A stretch of 64,000 bases of DNA, taken from positions 65,846,001 through 65,910,000 of the forward strand of contig CM059432.1 in assembly GCA_030390025.1 (NCBI GenBank), given 5' to 3'. This DNA is from Squalus acanthias (Eukaryota). The position numbers and the translations under genes were made by a program. Below are positions 12,770 through 22,988 of the stretch, one piece after another (position 1 is the stretch's first letter; every line of letters begins with the position of its first letter). Below the pieces are notes generated by a model. It was given only the letters and a program-made list of their open reading frames with translations. It searched no databases and was not told where the DNA came from.

Positions 12770-13290
12770 GGGCCTGAATTTGCGGTCGGTGGCTTCCCGC
12801 GGGCAAATGCCTCCGAACCGCAAGAAAAATACAAACCTACCTGATGATCCCAGAGGTTCGTAGACTCGCATCCCTGGGATACGTGGGCCTTTATGCATGC
12901 ATACGCGTAGAGGCCCACCTATCCTGGGGCGCATGTGGTTCGCAAGCGCCCTGGGATCACGTGGGCCAGGCCAATCAATTAGAAAGGGGGATCCCCATTA
13001 TGCTTATGGGGATTCCATTTACATACGGAATCCTCATAAGCATAATAGGAATCAAATAAAAAACATAAATTTCACACAACTTAAATAAAAATAAATCATG
13101 ACATGTTCAAAATTAATTAAAGTACAATTAAATTAAACATTTAAAATAAAAATTAAATTTTTTGAAAAATAAATTTAAACATTTTCAAGGGACTAAAAAT
13201 AACCTATAACTAATATTAAAGTTTTTTTTATGTTTAAATAATTTAAAAAAATGTTTTAATATTTATTTAAACTCTTACGCTGGTAAAGGA
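12770..13290. mobile_element. Left half of a Harbinger MITE with an internal hairpin and AT-rich tract
   Basis: AAT|GGGCCTGAATTTGCGG end. Shares GCCCTGGGATCACGTGGGCCA with 31094-31843. Confidence 0.7.
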
Positions 13291-13479
13291 AGGCCCTCTA
13301 TACAGCTTGCAAGGGCCATCAAAGTCACTTTCAATTTTTATATACTAAACTCCTTCAAGGCCTGTAATCTGCTGTGTTGGCCAGTTTGATGTGCACAGAT
13401 ATCTTCATCACTTTCACTACTGACCAACAGCAGCAATGAGAGAGGGCAATATAATTCTACAGAATTACTGTCTTTCCCA

Positions 13480-13720
13480 GGAATCATTGGTTTCAGGTTA
13501 CCATTCAAACTCCTGCACACAATCTTGTGCCCTATATAAATCAAAAGGGATATTATTCACGCAATGGGCATTTGGTATGTAACCACGAGCACACAATCAT
13601 GCAGGTGAATTCCTACTTCCCAGGGAGCTTTCACAATGCTTTCATTTTAAGGAAATCAGCTGTGCCACTTTTACTGGAAGGGAAGGGAAGGGTAAAAGGG
13701 TGGCCACCCTCTGCAGCCTT
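13480..13720 (+). pseudogene. Old Harbinger transposase fragment
   Basis: YINQKGYYSRNGHLVCNH...VNSYFPGSFHNAFILRKS matches the NRKGFHSLNVQLVCDH...YPGSCHDAFIL motif of the intact transposase. Confidence 0.8.
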
Positions 13721-14659
13721 GACTTATGACTCTAATTCAAGATACCTTCTGATAAGTACCACAGCTACATCATTTCATAAAGCTGCAAACCACTTTTGCA
13801 AAGTAACCATTCCCAAAACATGTTCTCTTACACTTTCAAGCTCAATACTTCCAATACCATCTATTGTCATCGTAAACTGGGCTCTTGCTATATTGTAACC
13901 AATAGAAAAATAAATACTCAGCGCAATGTTAAAATCAAGTGCAGTTCATTTATTTCATTGTTTGGCGTGTGAATGATATCAGTTTGAGTTGGCATGTTGT
14001 GCTTGTGCCTTGTTTTAGACATGTGATGACTATCCTATTACTCCTTCTAAGTGAACTCCTCATGCAAGGGGCAGGTGTGCCAGGTTTCACTGGCAACCTG
14101 CTGGGATTTTGGTGAACCTTGGTCTTGCATTGCGAGGAACCTTCACCAGAGTCAGCCACGTACCATGGTGGCTGACTGTTCCTGCCTACTTTCTGCTACT
14201 TTCTTTTTTGTCTGCTGAATGAGGCACTTCTGGATGGGAGCATCAGTCCTATGAAGTGTGTTTGTCTCCTTGACTCGTAGTACGGCTCCCAGAGCCTGGG
14301 CAGAAAACCAATCTTTCCTCACGCTCCTTCCGTGCTTTTCTCACTTAACAGCTGTCCTGGCTACCCTGATGCTATTTCAGCTGTTTGAAAACTGTCTAGC
14401 TACAGTTCACAGCTGACTATGAAGATTATTGCTTCTGTTTTATTGGCCAGCCTGCTCTACAGCAGTTAAAGTCATTTTAGCCACCTACTGAAAATAGGGA
14501 AATCATGCGTTAAGCAGTTTTTTTTCTCCAATCCTCAAAAATCCAAAGTAACCCTCAGTTAAACCCTCAATATCACACCAACAGCAACTTCTAAGCTGCG
14601 CTAATTGATGAATACACATGAAAACAAATATTGTATAAACCAAAACATGGTTGTAATAG

Positions 14660-15130
14660 ATTACATAGGAACAGGAGTAGGCCATTCAGCCCCTCCAACC
14701 TGTTCCGCCAATCAATGAGATCATGACTGATCTGTATCTTCACTCCATCCACCTGCTTTTGTTCCATATCCCTAAACACCATTGTCGAACAAAAATCTAT
14801 CAGTCTTGCTTTTGAAATTTTCAATTGACCTAGCCATAACAGCATTTTGGGGAGAGAGTTATAGATTTCCACCACTCTTTGTGTGAAGAAATGCTTCCTG
14901 ACATCACCCCTGATTGGCCTAGATGTAATTTTAAGGTTTTGCCCCCTTGTTCTGGAGTCCCTCACCAAAGGAAATACTTTCTCTCTACCTACCCTATCAA
15001 ATCCTTTAATCATCTTAACCACCTCAATTATATCGTCCCTTAATCTTCTATACTCGAGGGAATACAAGCCTAGTCTATACAACTTGTCCTCATAATTTAA
15101 CTCTTCTAGCCTTGGTATCATTCTGGTGGA
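14660..15130 (-). mobile_element. CR1 LINE 3' fragment
   Basis: Encodes LGLYSLEYRRLRDD...RTRGQNLKI...FFTQRVV. 3' UTR resembles 52393-52480. Confidence 0.85.
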
Positions 15131-15429
15131 TAATGGGCCTGGGATGGGACAACTGACCCTCAGAGTATGAATTTGAAATCGATTGTAAGCTGCGACATTC
15201 CACAAACTAGCTTGTCTGTCTTTAATATACATTTTGAATGCTTGCAGACTTGTAGCAATTTTGTAAAACCTGCATGAATTAATTTTCTTTTGAAACACAA
15301 AACTTAAAGATATCTCATTCCCAAATCCTTTCCACAAAGAATAAAATGACCAAAAATCCCAAAACATGACAGAAGGCATGGTGTGGTTAATAGAGTTACA
15401 AAAAGTATGCTCTGAACTTCTCTACACGA

Positions 15430-15760
15430 ATCCATGCATAACTAGATCACATACTGAAGGAGTACTGTATTGTCTTTTAGATGAGATGATAAACTGAAGC
15501 TCCATCTGACTGTCCAGGTGGACTTTTTCAAAGACCTGGAAATTCTAGCGGTGTCCTCGCCAACATTTATCACTCAAATAGCACCACTGAAACAGCTCAT
15601 TGCTGTTTTGTGGGACCTTAGCATGCACAAATTGGCTGCTGTGTTTGGCCACAGAAACAACAGTGACTACACTTCAAAAGTAATTCTTTAGCCGCGAAGT
15701 GCTTTGGAACATCTTGAGGACATGAAAGATGATATCTATGTGCAAGTTCTTTGTATTTCT
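15430..15760 (+). mobile_element. Degenerate Deu-SINE
   Basis: CAAATTGGCTGC...ACAACAGTGACTACACTTCAAAAGTA...TGCAAGT. Confidence 0.65.
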
Positions 15761-17252
15761 TTCCTGCATTGTCTAATTTATTTTCAAATATATTAACTGG
15801 CTCACACAGGAATGCAAGTTAATAAATGCTCCTTTTATTTTTCCCATAGAAACACATGCCTCACATTCTGTTAATATATTTGGTTTGGCATGACATCAGT
15901 TCTTTTAGTTATGAGTACTCTGGCCTACAACTCAGTGTCATGTTGTGAACTGGCTTGTAGATAGTCAGCTAGCAGCATTTTCTGACTGTCACTTGACAGG
16001 CCAGGCAGCTGCCGAACATTTCCATGCTAAGCACATGATCCATTCCCTTTCTATAGTTACCTGAGTCTATTTGAATAAAGTTTGGCAAGTTGTCTTCATG
16101 GCAGGGATTGAATTAAAATGGCATGTGATCTGGAGCCGTGACAACACATTGGCACCAGTGATAATGTGCTGACTCAAGCTGGCCACTGGCCTGCCTGATT
16201 CTGCCAGTCCAGATGCATTGAGCCAGATAGATCACATCCAGCCTTGCAGGAAACATAATGCTACCATTGTACTGAGATCAATGCTGCAATCATAGTTTAG
16301 CCCTCAGAATACACATAGATGAAGTGCTAGAGCTGCTATAAATGTACTGAATGCTCTCAGTTGGGCAATTCCACATAGAACTACCATAATGTTTTGCATT
16401 TAATCCACAATATTGTACACAGTGAACTTGAAATCAGGTGCATGTTATATCTGAAAATTGATATTAAAAATTAACTTCAAAGTGATTTTTTATGTGATGT
16501 GCATTATTTAATGTTGGAAGATGGGCTTCAAATCCAGGTACACATATTATGTGAAATGTTTTACAGAACGCTTTACAGCCAATGAAGTATTTTTTTTTGA
16601 AGTGTAGTCACTGTGGGCTGTAGGAAGCGTGGCACCCAATATGCGCACAGCAAGCTCCCACAAACATCACTGTGATAATGACCAAATAATGTGTTTTAGT
16701 GATGTTGATTGAGGGCTAAATATTGGCCAGGACACCAGGGATAACTCCCCTGCTCCTCTTCAAAATAGTGCCATGGGATCTTTTATGTCCATCTGAGAGA
16801 GCAGACAGGGCAGGGCCTCGGTTTAACGTATCATCTGAAAGACAGCACCTTGTAAGGTTTCCAAAATTTACAGATCCCCAAAACCTAAGGAAAAAGGACT
16901 TTGGAACTACCCCAGAGTGATAAAAATGCATTTGGGCCTAACCTAAGGAATTTAAGACCAAAAACCAAGTTTTGGCATTTTTTAAAACATGTCTGGGCCT
17001 GTAAAGGGAGAAAAGGCTGTGAAGGAAGGTGGGTTCGACCTCTGTAAAAGCAGTTCTGTTTATTGCAGTTAATTGCACTGTCTGGGGAACCGGGATGACC
17101 CTACTCAAGCCCCAGCAGGCATTAACATTTTGACAATAGACCCTGGGAGAAGACAGTCCCACCCAAAATAACAGGCCCCATCAAACCAATTACAGGTCCC
17201 ATCAAAACCATGCATAATACAAATCACTCAGACCAATTTCTATAGAAAGATT

Positions 17253-18095
17253 GGGCTGGATTTTCATTGACCCGTGGAGTCGGGTTTGGAGGCGTGTGGG
17301 GGGTTAAAGTTGCAGATTCGGGGGTCCCGACCCCATCCCACCCCCAACCCGCCTCCATGCCAGTTTCGCTGGCGGCGGGTACCCGACCTGTGCTGGGACC
17401 CGCCTCACCGAGGCGGGAAGGGATTAGTGACAATTAACTGCCTGTTAACAGGTAGTTAACAGGCAGTTTTTTGCCTAATCCCTATTTTAATGGCTGAAAT
17501 GTGGGCTTCCCGACAGGTGCCAACCATGTCAAGTTATCGGGGCGGACCGTGGGTCTGCAGGGGTTGGAGGGGTCGATATGTCCGGTGGGCAGGTGAGTGA
17601 TGGGTGCATGTGTGCAGAGGTAAGTGTGTAAGGTAAGTGCAAAGTGTGGGAAAAAGTTTTACTTACCTTAACTTCCTCCTGCAGGTGTCAGCCCTTCAGT
17701 TCTCGGGAGTCAGAAATCTCACCGGCACAGAAAGCAGAAAGGCCGTGGTGTTGTCAAAAGTTTCAGCCTCTGTTTTCTGTGCTGGAATTATTTCTAACTC
17801 AGCCTGAGAGGAAGGACTCAAGTTAGAAGACAAATTGTCAGTGTTTGACAGCTTCACAGAGCTGTCAAACGCTGATATTTCATCTGTCAAAAGCTCTTGA
17901 CAGATGAAATGTCAATCTGTGACGTCACCTGTTGCCGGGTGGCCCTTAATTGTCCTGCTGAGCTCACTGGGCGGGCTCAACAAGGTCAATCAAGGGAAAA
18001 TACAGTGGGTTGGCCACATCTCGATGGAGAGGGGTCTACAACCTAAAAATTGGGATTCCCGACTCCATCACGTCCCCAGTATCAAAATCCAGCCC
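17253..18095. mobile_element. Harbinger MITE with splice-site cluster and hairpins
   Basis: TIR GGGCTGGATTTT/AAAATCCAGCCC. TSD ATT. End homologous to 635-1384, interior homologous to 43335-45775. Confidence 0.9.
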
Positions 18096-18668
18096 ATTGA
18101 GTCCAGCCTAGAAAACCAAACACAAAACCAATCAACTGTAATCAACCAAGGAGATTGACAGGACGCAAGCCATCCCAAAAACCAGTTAACACGCTAGTAA
18201 AGTCATTACTGTTAACGAGGCCTCCAAAAATCTTACAATTTGATTTTGGTTTTGATAAGGAAGCTTCAATTAGTATAATTGAAAAGGCTGTTTTCTCAAG
18301 AAGCCAGTTCTCCCGCAAAACAGTTCAAGTTCAACAGAAGCCAGTTCTGCAGTTTCGAGTTCAATTGAAAGCCTGTTTTCAGCAGAATCCAATGCTGGAG
18401 TTACAGATTTCAGGAGAAGCAAGTTGGGCAGTTAAAGAAGACAGTTCAGTAAGAAGGGAGTTCTCCAGTTCTCCAGCACAACAGTTAAAGTTCGGCAAGA
18501 AGGCAATTCCACAGCTCTGAAGAGGACAGTTCAACAAAGAAGGCCAACAGCTCCAGAAGCAGGCCGACACGCAAGAAGAAACCAGAGCAACAGTTCCAGT
18601 GACCATCAGACACCTCGTGGCAACAAGGGCCTTACGAAACCTTTTACTCAAAAGACTCTAAACCCTAA

Positions 18669-19564
18669 GGGGTAAAAATTCAGTTGGTTGCGCCTCCCGT
18701 TAGCGCCTTAAGAGGGCGCTAATGGGGCGCAAAGCCGCTAACGCCCGGGCGCAGCGATGTTTGCGCCGCTCGGGAACTTAACTAGAGATTGTGCGGCGGC
18801 GCTAAAACTTACCGCTGCGACCACCTGCGCGCGCAGATTATGACGTCATTCCATGGTGCAACGCCCTTGTGGCGCCCCGGAGCGGAAATTGAGTGGCGCC
18901 CCCTGCCTTACCGCCTGGCGCATCCAACGACCAGAAGACTGGAACGCTATCAATCGCTGTGGGGCTGGGGGGGGGGGCGCTATTTAAAGGGGGCCTCTTC
19001 CTGTCTTTTATTGTTGGTGGCATTTTTGAACTACGCATTCTGAGAGAGAGAGGGAGAGACTTCTGGAGAGATTCAACGTTGTGTGAAGGAGTTTTGGGTA
19101 CTGAGCAGCACTTTGCAGGTTCATTTTGATTTGCCATTCCTTGTATCGATTTAGCAGAGACTGTGGGAGCTGCACTCTGAGCTCTTTGCCTGGTACTCTC
19201 CATTGTTCTTTCCAGCACATTTGATGTGCAAGTCTCTCCAGGCCGAGATTCAAGGCTGCAATGAACAGGATGTGGATGGAAAGCAAGATTAACCATGCCC
19301 TTTAAGAACTGGCCCGTGCCATTGTGTGTGTGTTCCATTGCTGACTGACATTACATGAGCTTCGCCAGCGCTCTGAGTTAGCGCCTCACTCCTTGGCCTT
19401 TGCGCCTTAAGACAGGTGTGCAGCGCCTGCTTTAGCGCTCCACTCACCTCCCGGGGCGGTAAAAGAGAAGTTTCCAGTCAGTGCCGATAATTAGCGCCAG
19501 GCGCTAATATTTGCGTCCAGACGATATTTGCGCCCCAAATGGGGCGCGACCTAATTTCTACCCC
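18669..19564. mobile_element. Internal-deletion derivative of the autonomous Harbinger family at 38060-42296
   Basis: TIR GGGGTAAAAATT/AATTTCTACCCC. TSD TAA. Left arm matches 38060-~38510, right arm matches ~41935-42296. Confidence 0.92.
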
Positions 19565-20096
19565 TAAGTCTCAACTGTCAAGGATTCGTTCGGTGAGCAT
19601 TATCCCTGGTTCTCCAGAGCCCAACCTAGCTAGAGAAGTGGGATTGGGAGGGGTGAAGTATTCTTTTAATGTTATTTCCATCGCTTGTACCGAAGTGTTC
19701 CCCACCTTTAGAGTGTTAAGAGTGTTTGTGTTGTGTTTTACTTTCTTAAATAAAGATCAAAGTTCTTGCATCAAACTCAGTTGTCTGCTGCACCTTTTTA
19801 TCACAACCCCCAAATAAGTCCAAGGTCTAGAACCAAGGGAGTGGGAGCGATTCGAACCGCTCAGAAGTCAGAGGTGAAGCTAACACAAACCACCACCCTG
19901 ACAGTGCAGGGCTCACTCAGTACTGCACTGGAGTGTCAGCCTAGATTTTTGTGCTCAAAGTCTCTGGAGTGGGACTTGAACCCACAATCTCCTGACTCAG
20001 AGGCGCGGGTGCTACCCACTGAGCCACAGCTGACACGAAGCAATTTACAATCATAAAAAAAGTTATGCATCTGGAATATTTCACTTTATACAATAT

Positions 20097-21076
20097 GGGC
20101 TAGAAATTCGCCTCCTTTGCGCCTCCCGTTAGCGCCTCTGGGGGGTGATAACGGGGCGCTACCGGCTTTGCGACCAGGTGCGACGATAGTACCAACGCCC
20201 ACAAAATTGACATGGAGGTTTGCGGCGGGGGTAACCACTAGCACCAGGATCTCCTGCGCCTGGAGAACGTGACATCATCGGGCTGCGCAGCGCCCCGGTA
20301 GCGCCCAGGATCCGAACTTCGGTTCCGCCACCTGCAGCATCGCCGGGCGAAAACACCGACAGCTGCAGGAGGCGTTGTTAGGGAGGCCGGCCGCTTGAGG
20401 AGCGGTATTTAAACGTAAGGCCGCTTGTGTCAATGAAAAATTTGTTTTCACCCCTTAGGTTGTTTTTTCAATTTTTTCCGTGCCGCGATTGATACTTGGA
20501 TATGGCATTGGAAGATGAATTCACTGACCTTGACCACTCGTGTGAGGTCATTAAAATTCCTCTGGCACTGGATCCATGTCCTGGGGGAAAGACTGATGGT
20601 ACTGACGGCTTCAGCTATCTCCTCCCACTGCCTTCGAACAGTGTGCCTGGAATGCCTCCTGGCCCCATGTGGGTGAAGGACCTGTCTCCTCCTATAAACT
20701 CCCTGCACCAAGGCCTCGAGTGCTGCATCAGAGAACCGAGGTGCCCTTTCTCTGCCATGTTGAGACATTGCTAAGTTCCAGCTCCAGTCAGAATGAGGCA
20801 CTTCTCTCACAAAGCACCTCCCCTTTAAAAAGTGCAGACTACCTTTCACTCTGTAGGCAACCTTTAAATACAGAGCAGACTTCCCACGATATTGGGCTCC
20901 CTATTGATCGTTGAGCCAACCAGCCACGCATTTAGAGCTGTGCTCAGCGCTGCATTCATGTTAATGAGCAGGCAGCACGAATTTTGCATTCTGCCTGCAC
21001 TACTTTCAACAGGCGTGGGCAGAATGCGCATCGCGATCCCTGTGCCCGTTTTCGGGCCTTATCCAATTTAAATCCC
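20097..21076. mobile_element. Non-autonomous Harbinger retaining only Myb exon 1 (20768-20529, minus)
   Basis: GGGCTAGAAATT ... AATTTAAATCCC. Encodes MSQHGRERAPRFSDAALEAL...QCQRNFNDLTRVVK then a GT donor. TSD not preserved. Confidence 0.8.
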
Positions 21077-21254
21077 TTAATGTTTCCTCTACCTGCCCAC
21101 CTCATGCCTCAATTATAGTGGGAATTAAAGATAAAACCTAGAAATGCTCAGAAAATTCAATGAAGAGAGAAATATAGTAAATATTAAGCGAATGATATTG
21201 AGATCGGAGGAAGCACTTAGTGCAGTGCCCCCGGGGTTCGGTGTTGGGACTCAA

Positions 21255-21590
21255 CAACAACAAGAACTTGTATTTATATAGCGCCTTTAACATTGTAAAG
21301 TGTCCCAAGGTGTTTCTCAGGAGCGTAACCAGGTAAAAAATGACACTGAGCCAAAGTAGGAGCCATTAGGATAGATGACCAAAAGCTTGCTCAAAGATAT
21401 AGGTTTTAAGCAGCATCCTAAAAGAGAGAGAAATGGAGAAGTCGAGAGGTTTGGGGTGGAAATTCCAGCTAGGGCTTAGCTGGCTGACGGCACGGCCACC
21501 GATGGTGGAATGAAGGAAGTCGGGGAATGCAGAGTTCTAGACGTGTTGATGGGTTGGAGGAGATTACAGTGATAGGGAGGGGCGAGGCCG
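21255..21590 (-). mobile_element. L2 LINE 3' fragment
   Basis: Tail AAAGGCGCTATATAAATACAAG(TTG)n on minus. Similar to 56858-57200. Confidence 0.7.
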
Positions 21591-22127
21591 ATCCGACCCA
21601 TGGCTGCGATCCTGCTGTAATTGTAATTGCCAGGATCGCTGGCCTACTGTTTTTCTGGGCTGGCGTCTGTGGAAAATCGTATTCCTGGTAAATGGAGCAT
21701 CAGTTTAATGGATAGCAATGAGGGTCATTACTGAAAACAACAGAGCAGGACCAAGCAAGTTTCCTTGAAGTACAGTTATGCACATAAAGCAATGAAAAGA
21801 CAAATGCATGATTTACACAATCAAGCCTAACATCATTTGTGATTTTTTAAGCATCCGACCTTCACTGATAAATAGAAGCAACAGATGGGAAAAGTTGTTT
21901 CACAAGTGGAAATTATGGTTGTAACGCAATCTCTAGGATCAATGCAAATTGGTCCCCAAGTGCCGGAAGGTTGTCAAGATCAACGTAATTACAGAGACCA
22001 AAGGTGATGAATATCCTCAGGTGGGAAAAGTTTGTTCCAGCGTGGAAACAAAGGAAATGAAACTTGTCACAAGGCTGGTAATGGTGAGGAAGTTCACATT
22101 TGTTTAAAGCCAAGTTGATTTGTAGTG

Positions 22128-22253
22128 ATGATGTGGAGATGCCGGCGTTGGACTGGGGTGGACAAAAATGAGAAGTCGCACAACACCAGGTTATAGTCCA
22201 ACAGATTTATTTAAAATTACAAGCTTTCGGAGCTGTCGCTCCTTCTTCAGGTA
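22128..22253 (-). mobile_element. Penelope-like element terminal repeat fragment
   Basis: Hammerhead core followed by AATAAA on minus. Lies next to a GIY-YIG fragment. Confidence 0.7.
22218..22253 (-). ncRNA. Minimal type I hammerhead ribozyme
   Basis: Minus strand UAC-CUGAAGA-A-GGAGC(GACA)GCUCC-GAA-AGCU-U-GUA: core, 5-bp stem II, palindromic AGCU helix III, 3-bp stem I. Confidence 0.7.
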
Positions 22254-22482
22254 GGGTAGCTGTGAGAGAATCTCCCAGAATTCACAATATAAACACAGAA
22301 AAAATGTATTCAAATCTTTCCCTACATCAAAGACACACTAAGAGCACAGCCAAGACAATGAGATGTGTCCCAGGGGGTCCAACGTGTCAAAACACCTGCT
22401 GGCCGCATATCCTCTCCATTTGGGTTTGGTTCTTGTGTTAGTTTTAAAAAAAAAACCTGGAAAGACCGGCCATGATGTCAAG

Positions 22483-22790
22483 TCACGTTCTGTATCGTGA
22501 CATGAACCCGATATCGCGATTGAGGCCATCCTCATGAGTGCGGAACTTGGCTATCAGTTTCTGCTCTATGATTTTGCACTGTCGTGTATCCCGAAGGCCG
22601 CCTTGGAGAACGCTTACCCGCAGATCCGAGGCTGAATGCCCCTGACTGCTGAAGTGTTCCCCGACTGGGAGGCAACCCTCCTGCCTGGCGATTGTTACGC
22701 GGTGTCCGTTCATACGTTGTCTCAGTGTCTGCATGGTCTCGCCGATGTACCATGCTCTGGGGCATCCTTTACTGCAACGTATCAGGTAGA
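22483..22790 (-). mobile_element. Penelope GIY-YIG endonuclease C-terminal fragment
   Basis: QTLRQRMNGHR...PVGEHFSSQGHS...EQKLIAKFRTHEDGLNRD. Confidence 0.85.
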
Positions 22791-22988
22791 CAGTTTGCAG
22801 ATTAGTGAGATGTCTGTTGAGGAACTATAATGTTTGTACAACATATTAACTTAGCTAGAGCGCTGTCAGAAAATGAGAAATCTCACATTATTTTAACAGT
22901 TCAACTGTTATAGGAGAGTTTCATAATTTGGTTTTGGTGACTTGATTATTATTTTGATTTCATAGAAATTACTGCCACATTACACCGA

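Larger units (their letters stand above)
16851..19900 (+). mobile_element. Probable solo LTR, family C (~1.3 kb net), with two nested Harbinger MITEs
   Basis: Begins TGTAAGG exactly at the SINE breakpoint. AATAAA ~19749. Right CA end and TSD not clean. Confidence 0.55.
16560..20035 (-). mobile_element. Deu-SINE split into 16560-16850 and ~19900-20035 by an LTR-like insertion
   Basis: Both parts match the SINE consensus and are contiguous across GACAGCACCT|...GACAGTGCAG. Confidence 0.8.

Noticed and set aside
14591..15379. 262-aa ORF as a host gene
   Set aside because: CR1 C-terminus with chance read-through on both sides.
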